Shown one piece after another: positions 54,772-64,000 of a stretch of DNA of 64,000 nt. Where the stretch lies: the NCBI GenBank assembly GCA_965277405.1, contig OZ255726.1:800001-864000 (forward strand), read 5' to 3'. Both the position numbers and the translations under genes were made by a program. The notes beneath the pieces were generated by a model. The model was given only the letters and a program-made list of their open reading frames with translations, was not told the DNA's origin and did not search any database. The stretch comes from Gammaproteobacteria bacterium. Lineage in GTDB: Bacteria; Pseudomonadota; Gammaproteobacteria; G965277405. The stretch's first letter is position 1. Each line of letters opens with the position of its first letter.

Positions 54772-55070
54772 AGAAATTATATAAGCTCAAGTCTATAGAC
54801 AAAGTCTATTTAGACGTTGAATTCACCTTTGATTATAAAATCCAACTCTTTTCTGGCAAAGATGCGTCCATGTTGCAAGATATGCTTGATGAGTCCAAAA
54901 AAAAAGGCTGGTACGAAGTACCACCGCCCACCTCTTTCATTAGATTGCCAGCTAAAGTAAATGAAGAAGACCTAGGGTATTTTTTAAGTTACCATTGGGA
55001 TGTTTTTGGTCAACTCTTACCAGACGATGAACACGCAGCTGCGGTACGCAGCAATGACATTGTCTACTAA
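54768..55070 (+). CDS. Small protein coupled to the MuF extension, putative immunity protein
   Basis: ATGA overlap with the upstream stop; 100 aa, acidic, no known motif. Confidence 0.6.
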   Translation: MKKLYKLKSIDKVYLDVEFTFDYKIQLFSGKDASMLQDMLDESKKKGWYEVPPPTSFIRLPAKVNEEDLGYFLSYHWDVFGQLLPDDEHAAAVRSNDIVY

Positions 55071-55400
55071 ATCACAATCACATCATGGTTGCAAATCACA
55101 CCTAAAAAATACCATTTTTAAACAAGCTTTATCGTGCTGCAATAGCACGTTAAAATATCGCCTTTTCATCACGTTTTTTAACGTAAAAATATCGTTTTTT
55201 AAACACGCTTTTTTACGTTAAATTTTACGTTTTTGCAAAGCAGTAATCCCCGTAAAACCTCGATAAACGCTACAATTATTGCCGAAGAGTGCACAAAACG
55301 GAAGCAAACGGTAATAATTCCCCTACCATCCTACAACCTAAGCGCCATAAGGGATTCACGCTACAACCCGCATAAAATCAACAAATTTGCTCAACTGTAG

Positions 55401-55450
55401 AGTCTCATTTATTGACAACTTACAGTCTCATTTATTCCCATCCCCCCTAT
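55401..55450 (+). repeat. AGTCTCATTTATT direct repeat, possible end of a transposable (Mu-like) prophage
   Basis: 13-bp repeat at 55401-55413 and 55424-55436, followed by CCCATCCCCCCTA, downstream of the MuF locus. Confidence 0.4.
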
Positions 55451-56152
55451 TAGTGCGTCCAAAACATAGAAAATTCAGCAAAAATGCATGAAAGACAATA
55501 AAAAATGAATAAAAACAGCTTCTCAATCCTGGTCAAGAGCAAAAACAGGATGAAGAGCTGCAGCTACAAATGTGGTGTTTGTGTGATGTTACGACAGAAA
55601 CCGCGACTGTGTATCCATCTCTTCTATACAGTATTAATGTCCCGTATAAAAAAAACAGGGAATACAGGGGCACAACGTTCAGAGCAAAGACGCAAATTAA
55701 ATGCGGCACTGATGAAGCGCTAAAGAGCGTATGATGAATACTAAATGTCTCAATTTGCAAGCAAAACTACATAACAGTCAGTCAAATTTCCTGCCATTGC
55801 GGGCTGCAAACGGGTTGCTATTAACTACAAGGAGTTGAAAACACTCAGAAAATAGCGGTACCTATACGTAGTGTTTGCTCTAAATCGCAACAAGTATACC
55901 AGACCAGCAGGCAGGTATGGCACCCTTGGCGACGATATAACACAACACCGATTGTATATACAAAATAGTTTTGTTGTATATAATATACGGATAGTGTGTA
56001 ACAACAATACAAACTCACTATGTGATGTGTTGTAGTTATTCATTTATTCAAATACTGGGTATTCCTAGTAATTATAGCAACAAGAATGTGACTATCATTG
56101 ATATTGTTGCTTTACAAACTTCGCTGTATATGCGAGGAGAATGGAGTAAATC

Positions 56153-56650
56153 ATGAGTAATAAATTAGTATTAGATCGCTATGATCGTAGAATTCTCGCC
56201 CACCTTAAAGACAACGCCAGAATCCCTATTGCGCATATTTCACGCAGCATTGGGCTTTCAAGAAGTGCTGTCAATCAACGGTTAAGTAAGCTAGAAGATT
56301 TAAGGGTTATCCGTGGCTATCACACAATTTTTGGCAATACCAATGTTGCTCGTACCATCGATGCCTTCATTACCATTAAGCTCGGTGGATTAGAGTTTGA
56401 TACATTTAAGCGCAAATTGCTTGATATAAGCGAAGTGTATGCAATTTATCATGTCAGTGGATTTTTTGATGTGTTGTTGCATGTCCAAGTTGATGAAATC
56501 GAACAGATTAACCGTGTTCGTGACTTTCTTGTCAAAAACCTTATCCACCATGAAAATCACATAGATATTCATGCGGTTATCAGCACCACGATGGTCAAGC
56601 ATTTGGCACAGCATCAAGACAAAAATTTTGATGATTTGTTTCTTGACTGA
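56153..56650 (+). CDS. Lrp/AsnC family transcriptional regulator
   Basis: LDRYDRRIL..L..NAR, IGLSRSAV..R..KLE...VIRGY, VSG.FD.LL. Confidence 0.92.
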   Translation: MSNKLVLDRYDRRILAHLKDNARIPIAHISRSIGLSRSAVNQRLSKLEDLRVIRGYHTIFGNTNVARTIDAFITIKLGGLEFDTFKRKLLDISEVYAIYHVSGFFDVLLHVQVDEIEQINRVRDFLVKNLIHHENHIDIHAVISTTMVKHLAQHQDKNFDDLFLD

Positions 56651-56849
56651 TAACTCAATTGTAGCTCTGCATCGGCAAGTTCAGATTACGTTGCTGATGC
56701 AGATGCGTTTTGTTGGCTTGCAAGCGCTGCATGAATGAAGACAACTGCAATACCCTCTCATTTTTTGCTTTGAAGCGTGGGAAATCGTAAATTGGGTGTT
56801 TCTACTAAAAAAACACAGAATGCGCCGAAAATGGTGCATATATGCCCAT

Positions 56850-57200
56850 TTATCCGGTCTTTTTTGGTCCTATTTCCCACCATTTAAGAGCAATACTGCT
56901 GCTGTTGTTGATATAAGTTGCGATCCCTTTTCAAGTTATACGCCATTGCCTTCAACCTCAGCATCGACTTTGGCTATGCCAAGATATCGTGCGCTGGAGA
57001 CCATACACCCTTGTCATTGTGGCGAAAGTTCGCTCGACTACAAATTTGATGATGTCAGCCTTTTGCCAGTGTGGCATTTGTTTACCGCGTGGCTTTTTCC
57101 GCATAATTCCATCATCAATGTGCTTATCATGTAGCAGCGCATTTGGTTTACGAACTTTCTGTACTGGTTTGCGGAAACGGTTTTAACGTGTCCGACGCAC
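56850..57200 (-). pseudogene. Degraded IS5-family transposase 3' remnant
   Basis: Reverse-strand fragments DDGIMRKKPRGK, VVERTFATM.RVYG, ARYLGIAKV, KAMAYNLKR; boundaries are approximate. Confidence 0.6.
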
Positions 57201-57225
57201 CATGGCGACGTTTTTTCCGTTTTTA

Positions 57226-58036
57226 CTACCAATTCCAGATCAGTAGCCCTTTGGCTTGGCTGCCCTTGCGCCCACCCATTGTGTATCTAATGCCAAGAGA
57301 ACGCATGGACAGACCCTCGCAAGCAGCTCTCATCTCTGGAATATCGTTGACCGATATAATCATTCTGCCTTGAACAATTCGGGCCAGCTCTGCCATCAGT
57401 TTGTATTGTTCCAGCCCAAAGTCCATGCCATAACTGGCTGTGCCCCAGTAAGGGGGATCAAGGTGAAACAGTGTACCCTCCCGATCATATTTCTTCACAC
57501 AATCGGGCCAGTCAAGATGCTCGATATAGACTCTGTCCACCCGCAGGTGCGCGGTGAACAGATCTTCCTCAATCCGCAGCAGGTTGAGCTTGGGAGGACT
57601 GACTGCCGAGGTGCCGAAAGTCTGACTGGATACTTTACCACCAAACGCCATCTTCTGGTGGTAGTAGAAGCGGCTAGCGCGTTGGATATCGGTCAGGGTT
57701 TCCAGGGTTGGATGTCTTCTGCCAGAGGTACTCCCAACGGCTGACCAGAGCCCATTTGCAAGGCCTTAAAAACTCCTCTAAATGGTGTTTAACGACCCTA
57801 TAAAGGTTCACCAGTCCGCCGTTGCAGTCGTTCAGAACCGCGACGGATGATTCCAGTTTGTAAAAGAATATGGCAGCTCCGCCACAGAACGGTTCCACAT
57901 TGGTTTTGTGCACCTTAAATAGAGGTAGTATTTCCTTGGCTAGGCGTCTTTTGCCGCCCATCAAGGGGATAATTGGTTGTGGTCTCAACGTGAACATCCT
58001 TAATATTTTTGATAAGCTCACCCATGCCGTGTTCAC
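57226..58036 (-). pseudogene. Phage-type DNA adenine methyltransferase (D12/Dam family), frameshifted
   Basis: PIIPLMGGKRRLA, EPFCGGAA, LND.N..LVNLYR (57674-58036) and FHLDPPYWG (57226-57651) lie in different frames. Confidence 0.88.
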
Positions 58037-58072
58037 GGTGGGGAATACTTGGTTGGTTCACGGTACTTTTGC

Positions 58073-58808
58073 TACCGTGGCTTGACGACCACTTTAGGTG
58101 CTGCTGTACCTTTGGTGGTCGCTTTCTTTTTTTTCTCTTAGCGTTTCGGTGTTTCTGCCTCCACGCTGGTGCTGTACCCGCTGTCGCTGAATTCGTGATT
58201 GACTTGAGTCACTACCCAGTCACCCGCCACGCCGGTTCTGAATCCTGATAATGTCACCTTGGCTTCTGCTGCTAAGAGTGGGTTTCCCTGTTTCAATGTC
58301 ACACTGGCGGTGGCCAGACCACGGTTGAGAGCATCCAGCTTGCCTTGCGCGGCAGCTCTGGCAGTTTCAGCATCCTAGTAGTTATGGCGCAGGGTATAAA
58401 CTGGTTTGCTGTCTCCCACTCGCACTGGTGTACGGGTACCTGTTGCTGTGTTGTGCCAGTGAGCCAGCACGGTTGCATATTTACCTCGATCAGCCATGGT
58501 TATTCGATGGTCGCTGGTTTGGTTGCGGCTGATGACCACTGCTGGAATTGTCTTGCCAGTAGCGCTTTTAGCTTCACCTTTCTGGACAAACAGCAAAAAG
58601 CCTCCGACAGGCTTAGCTACGGCGTCATATTGCTTGGCTAGCCGTGTCAACAGATGCAGATCGGACTCTTCGGTTTGATCCAGATGGGGAAGGTTGGTCG
58701 CACTATCAATTTTCCGACACTTGATTCCAGTTGATGTTCAGCCGCGATGGTACTGACCAGATTGTTAATGGTGATGTCATCCCAGGAGCGGGTTTTGTGC
58801 TCCTTTAA
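58073..58808 (-). pseudogene. Phage late control protein D (gpD-like) remnant, cut by an IS
   Basis: Reverse strand: KTRSWDDITI, DQTEESDLHLLTRLAKQYDAVAKP.GG.LLF, GRPDLLAAEA-like tail; several frameshifts. Confidence 0.75.
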
Positions 58809-58839
58809 CAGGCTGTTGAAAAACACACCCCTTCCTTAA

Positions 58840-60068
58840 GGAAGCTCTGATTAAGACTCGCATATATTCCAATAACTCGCATATACTCCAAAAAAGTAAT
58901 AGCAATAATTTTCAATGGTCAATATTTGATCATTTCGCTGATCTTCGTGTTGCTGTTTTACTGTTTTTTACTGTTTTTATTGTTTTTTACTGTTTTTCTT
59001 GAATTTTGGGCGGTTCTATCCTGTTAGTCGTCCTCGCAGCATGTATAAGTTCGTCAATGCCAGCAAAGAAAATACTTGTACTCGATTCTTTTCTAGTCCT
59101 TTGTAGCGAGCTTTCTTATAACCAAACTGACATTTGATTACCCGAAAACAGTGCTCAATCCGGGCGCGCACCTTAGAGTTCTGTGTATTGCGTTGGCGCT
59201 GCGAGGTGCTCATTTGCTGCTTTGGCTTGCGTTTATCATTCACACGCCAATCTATCCCAAGATGACGCGAGCCGCGTTTATAACTGTCGCTCGTATATCC
59301 TGCATCGGCAAAGATAACCTTATCTGTTTCACGCAGCAATTTGGGGAGTTCATTGATGTCAGCTTCATTCGCGGCTGTGGTGGTAGGCATTGCCGCGCTA
59401 TGAATCATATTGCTATTAGCGTCAGTTCCTATATGAATCTTCATGCCAAAATACCACTGATTGCCTTTCCTTGTTTGATGCATTTCAGGATCACGGGCTT
59501 TCTCTTTATTCTTCGTAGATGATGGTGCGTGGATGATCGTGGCATCAACCATCGACCCTTGTGAGATTGTTATATTATTTTCCATACAATACTCATTCAC
59601 CACAGCAAGTATCTTGACGCTGAGTTGATGTTTTTCTATGATCCTGCGGGCAAGTTCAAGATGGTAGTTTCAGCAGGGATGGCATCGTCTATCAGCTCTA
59701 TCTGGGCAAAACGCCTCATGCTTTCCATGTCATATAGTGCTTCTTCTACCCCTGGGTCTGTTAAGTTGTACCATAGCTGTAAAAAATAAATGCGTAACAT
59801 GGTCTGCATATTAATCGGTGGGCGGCCATTCCCTTTCTTGGGATAATGCGGTTCTATTAACTCTAACAACTGTTGCCATGGAGCTAATTTGTCCATTAAC
59901 TGCAAGAATTTTTCACGTTTTGTTGTTACTTTCTTGTGGTCGTATGCAGCACTGGCAAAAGTTGTTTGTTTCATAAGATTATCCGCTTATTCAAATATTC
60001 AAATAGATTCACCATTGTATATCTTTGTAGCTGATATTGCTGTTGTTTGGGACTTAATCAGAGATTCC
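58840..60068 (-). mobile_element. IS5-family element copy 4
   Basis: TIRs present; ORFs 59636-59974 and 59016-59603. Confidence 0.95.
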
Positions 60069-60072
60069 CTAA

Positions 60073-61292
60073 GGAAGCTCTGATTAAGACTCGCATATAC
60101 TCCAAGAACTCGCATATACTCCAAAAAAGTAATAGCAATAATTTTCAATGGTCAATATTTGACGATTTCGCTGATCTTCTGTTGCTGTTTTACTGTTTTT
60201 TACTGTTTTTTACTGTTTTTCTTGAATTTTTGGCGGTTCTATCCTGTTAGCCGTCCTCGAAGCATGTACAAGTTCGTCAATGCAAGCAAAGAAAATACTT
60301 GTACTCGGTTCTTTTCTAGTCCTTTGTAGCGAGCTTTCTTATAACCAAACTGACATTTGATTACCCGAAAACAGTGCTCAATCCGTGCGCGCACCTTAGA
60401 GTTCTGTGTATTGCGTTGGCGCTGCGAGCCGCTCATTTGCTGCTGTGGCTTGCGTTTATCATTCACACGCCAATCTATCCCAAGGTGACGCGAGCCGCGT
60501 TTATAACTGTCGCTCGTATATCCTGCATCGGCAAAGATAACCTTGTCTGTTTTACGCAGCAATTTGTGGAGTTCATTGATGTCCGCTTCATTCGCGGCTG
60601 TGGTGGTAGGCATTGCCGCGCTATGAATCATATTGCTATTAGCGTCAGTTCCTATATGAATCTTCATGCCAAAATACCACTGATTGCCTTTGCGGGTTTG
60701 ATGCATTTCAGGATCCCGTTTTTTCTCTTTATTCTTCGTAGATGATGGCGCATTGATGGTCGTGGCATCAACCATTGTCCCTTGTGAGATTATTATATTA
60801 TTTTCCATACAATACTCATTCACCACAGCAAGTATCTTTACGCTGAGTTGATGTTTTTCTATGATCCTGCGGGCCAGTTCAAGATGGTGGTTTCATCAGG
60901 GATGGCATCGTCTATCAGCTCTATCTGGGCAAAACGCCGCATGCTTCCCATGTCTACAGTGCTTCTGCTACGCCTGGGTCTGATAAGTTGTACCATTGCT
61001 GTAAAAAATAAATGCGTAACATGGTCTGCATATTAATCGGTGGGCGGCCATTCCCTTTCTTGGGATAATGCGGTTCTATTAACTCTAACAACTGTTGCCA
61101 TGGAGCTAATTTGTCCATTAACTGCAAGAATTTTTTTTTGTTTCATTGTTACTTTCTTGTGGAAAGTATGCAGCACTGGCAAAAGTTGTTTGTTTCATAA
61201 GATTATCCGCTTATTCAAATATTCAAATAGATTCACCATTGTATATCTTTGTAGCTGATATTGCTGTTGTTTGGGACTTAATCAGAGATTCC
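60073..61292 (-). mobile_element. IS5-family element copy 5
   Basis: TIRs present; separated from copy 4 by CTAA only; ORF 60239-60826 plus a broken 5' part. Confidence 0.95.
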
Positions 61293-62662
61293 TTAATAAG
61301 GTATAATGTTTCTTTTCCTGAGATAATTCGATACGAGGAACTGATTTCACCCAAGCTAGAATGTTCAGCACCCTATCGCTGCAAGCGCAGTACCCCAAAA
61401 TCACCCAATTCTCCATATCAAGAAAATGGTCGATGTGGCGTTGTAGGAGATGAAGGGCCACTTCAATACTTTGTATGCCCCAAGCTGACGAGCAGGCATA
61501 CCACTAGAAAAATTATTGCGTGCCCAGTTGTTGATAGTGCTTATCACGATCCGCAGCGAACGTGCGTTGATGGAGCAAATTGGCTATAACCTGATGTTCC
61601 GTTGGTTTGTCGGTTTTTGTATGGATGATGGTATTTGGAATCACTCAACCGTCACCAAAAACCGCGATCGTCTTCTTGCGGGAAATACTGCTGTTAAGTT
61701 TTTCATTCGCATCAAACAACAGGCTGAAACAGCAGGTCTTCTTGCAGACGAACATTTCAGTGTGGATGGAACATTGCTTCATGCGCTGGCATCAGTGAAA
61801 AGCTTCCACAAGCAAGACGACGATGACCACAATTATGGCAGCAGCAACAAACGGATTGATTTCAAAGGCAAGAAACGCCACCGCGCTACCCACCAATCTA
61901 CCACAGATCCCGAAGCGCGCTTTGGCAAGAAAAGCCAAGCCCAAGCGGCAATACCATGTTAGGTGGGCAATATTATGATTGAGAACCGCAATGGTTTGGT
62001 GGTAGACGCACATAGCAAACAGTTCAGCGGCACCGCTGCAACCGATGCTGCGATACCGATGCTGCGATAAAAATGCTTGCCAATATTCCAAGAAATCCCC
62101 AAGTGACATTGGCAGCGGACAAGAAATACGACACCAAAGGCCTTGTCAAGCAATGCCAAGCAATGGCAAGCAATGCCGTGAATTGAGCGTAACGCCCCAC
62201 GTTGCGCAAAACACAGCAAAACGAAGTTCATCAATAGATCAACGAACGACGAGACACCGCGGGTAGCAAACCAGCCAAAAAGTACGCAAACGCATACAAG
62301 AAGTCTTTGGCTGGGCTAAGACTATTGGTGGACTTTGCAAAGGAAAGTATGCGGCTAATAGCAAAGTGAACCATCAATTTGTATTCACCATGGCCGCGTA
62401 TCACTTGCTACGCATGCGCAATCTTGGTGCTGTATCATGCTGATTTGCAACGTCGGCGGACAGCCCACGCCCAACAATTGGAAACGTGGTAGTTTCACAC
62501 GGAATACCACCAAAATCCGCCCTAATAACAGCTGCTGTGCGCTAAAAAATCAATTTTGGCAGTCTTGAGGCTTATATTATACGATAAATTTTCAACAGCC
62601 TGTTAATACGCGTAGCGCATGCATAAAAATGGCGGGATTAAACAAATACTATGGCGATAATC

Positions 62663-63490
62663 TTATGTCCTTATCGTAAAGGCAACTGGGACGACAAACT
62701 GTATCGTCTCACCTTTTAATTCAGCTGGTGGAGCGGGTAGCGGGTCTGCCCTTTTAATCAATGCTAATGTTTCTTGATTTAAGGTCTGATATTTACTAGG
62801 GCGATTTAAACTATAATTAAGCACTGCACCACTGCGGTTAATCACTACCAGAACATACACAATGCCTTGTTGTTTTCTCCGCCTAGCTTTACGTGGGTAG
62901 CGCTTATAATGTTCAAGGTGTCCTAATACATCCGAGCGCCAATTAGCTGGTGCGGGTGAAGCGGTTAAAGAAACCGCCGCGTCTCTTGGCGCAGCAATTT
63001 TTGCTGCTGGAGGCGCCTTAACCGTAGGCGGAGCCATTTCTTGTTGTGCCTGCTCTTGTTGGCGTTCACGTACCACAGGTTTTGGCTGCGGTTTAGCCGT
63101 TGCTGGTAACACGGCAACCGCTGTTTTAATTTCTGGTAATTCTTCTATTTTTTCCTCAGGCTCAGGCTTGGGCTTGGGCTTGGGCTTGGGTTTGGGTTTG
63201 GGTTTGGGCTGTATTTTAGGTTCTGGTTCAATTGGCTCTGGTGGGGTTTGTTGTTGCCGCGGCCCTGGTAACACTGCAATAGGAGGTTGGGGGGGTGCTG
63301 TGGGCGTCGGTGCGAGTTCCAGCATAAACGCAGCCATTGGTTGAGCTGCAATCGCTGTGTTACTAAATGGGTTGTAGCAAAGATATAATACCAGCGCGAC
63401 ATGCACCCCGATGACCGCCGCGAATGAACCAGTCCACCGCGATGGGGAGGAATTGTAAAATGACCTTGTTAGCTTGCCTGTATTGATCAT
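62663..63490 (-). CDS. tonB: Energy transducer TonB
   Basis: TM segment with His (IGVHVAL), (PK)n/(PE)n repeats, YPRKARRRKQQG, PLPAPP. Confidence 0.92.
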   Translation of the reverse strand: MINTGKLTRSFYNSSPSRWTGSFAAVIGVHVALVLYLCYNPFSNTAIAAQPMAAFMLELAPTPTAPPQPPIAVLPGPRQQQTPPEPIEPEPKIQPKPKPKPKPKPKPKPEPEEKIEELPEIKTAVAVLPATAKPQPKPVVRERQQEQAQQEMAPPTVKAPPAAKIAAPRDAAVSLTASPAPANWRSDVLGHLEHYKRYPRKARRRKQQGIVYVLVVINRSGAVLNYSLNRPSKYQTLNQETLALIKRADPLPAPPAELKGETIQFVVPVAFTIRT

Positions 63491-63927
63491 GGGGTAACGG
63501 CACCAGCTACTCGCGCAGATTCTAAGGCTACGAGGGCTATTTTTAAGTAGCCTGCGTCGCGCAAGTCATTCATGATTAACATTAGGTCACCGTAGGCAAC
63601 GGTTTTATCAGCTCGTAAAAACAGGCGTTTATCTGTGTTATTTTTGGTGGCTTGATCTAATTCCTGCCTAAGGTTCTCATGTAAAATAATTTTGTTTTTT
63701 AATGCAATAGTAAGGTTTTTTTTAACCGTTAAGTAAACTGGTGTATCAGGGGTTTGGTGTTTTTCGCTATTCGAAGCAGGTAGGTCAACTTTGATATCAA
63801 CAGTTGCAAGTGGCGCCGCTATCATAAAAATAATCAGTAACACCAACATTACATCGATAAAAGGCGTAACATTTATTTCATGGCTTTCAGCCAGTTCCTC
63901 ATCGTGATTTTGGGAATGCATTACCAT
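63487..63927 (-). CDS. exbD: Biopolymer transport protein ExbD
   Basis: EINVTPFIDVMLVLLIIFMIAAPL, RADKTV.YG, AGYLKIALV. Confidence 0.95.
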   Translation of the reverse strand: MVMHSQNHDEELAESHEINVTPFIDVMLVLLIIFMIAAPLATVDIKVDLPASNSEKHQTPDTPVYLTVKKNLTIALKNKIILHENLRQELDQATKNNTDKRLFLRADKTVAYGDLMLIMNDLRDAGYLKIALVALESARVAGAVTP

Positions 63928-64000
63928 CTATTTACTCCGTTTCTGCGCGGTGATTAGCCAACGTACACGGTCTAAGCCACGCGAGATAATGCGGATGATA
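63928..64000 (-). CDS. exbB: 3' end of probable ExbB (partial)
   Basis: IIRIISRGLDR..* immediately upstream of exbD, resembling the ExbB C-terminal SRDLD motif. Confidence 0.6.
   Translation of the reverse strand, partial: IIRIISRGLDRVRWLITAQKRSK

Larger units (their letters stand above)
58809..62602 (+). mobile_element. Third IS5-family element, containing a nested tandem dimer of the dominant IS5
   Basis: TIRs CAGGCTGTTGAAAA / TTTTCAACAGCCTG with TTAA on both sides; degraded transposase at about 61331-62442 (IRSERALMEQI.YN.MFRWFVG, HFSVDGTL, H.STTDPEAR, ADKKYD, IQEVFGWAK). Confidence 0.9.

Noticed and set aside
63164-63210. TTGGG(C/T) tandem repeat
   Set aside because: It encodes the normal Lys-Pro spacer of TonB.

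Overview
Bacterial chromosomal segment, most likely from a gammaproteobacterium (smc-zipA-ligA, ftsY-ftsE-ftsX, pyrB-pyrC', waaC, fabI). A compact core block (about 16.7-41.2 kb) lies between two accessory regions that are heavily invaded by insertion sequences and partly decayed. One IS5-family element occurs in five copies, including a tandem dimer nested inside a different IS5-family element. A family of about 290-bp palindromic MITEs with the same terminal repeats occurs seven times. The most notable candidate system is a cassette at 2562-5943, bounded by a 24-bp direct repeat and preceded by a poly-G promoter. It encodes a FapF-like outer-membrane barrel, a Sec-exported precursor with an internal double-glycine-type leader and a very cationic tail, AT-rich immunity-like ORFs and a stand-alone exported C39 peptidase. 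Other notable features are a MITE-delimited row of unrelated cargo genes (mmsB, Panacea TA, agmatine deiminase, pyruvoyl arginine decarboxylase), a GC-rich adhP islet bracketed by a duplicated dGTPase 3' end, an MsAcT-like SGNH acyltransferase, and a Mu-like prophage remnant with a MuF-HExxH toxin/immunity pair. No rRNA, tRNA or CRISPR array was recognised. All calls come from motif recognition by eye; no database searches were run.
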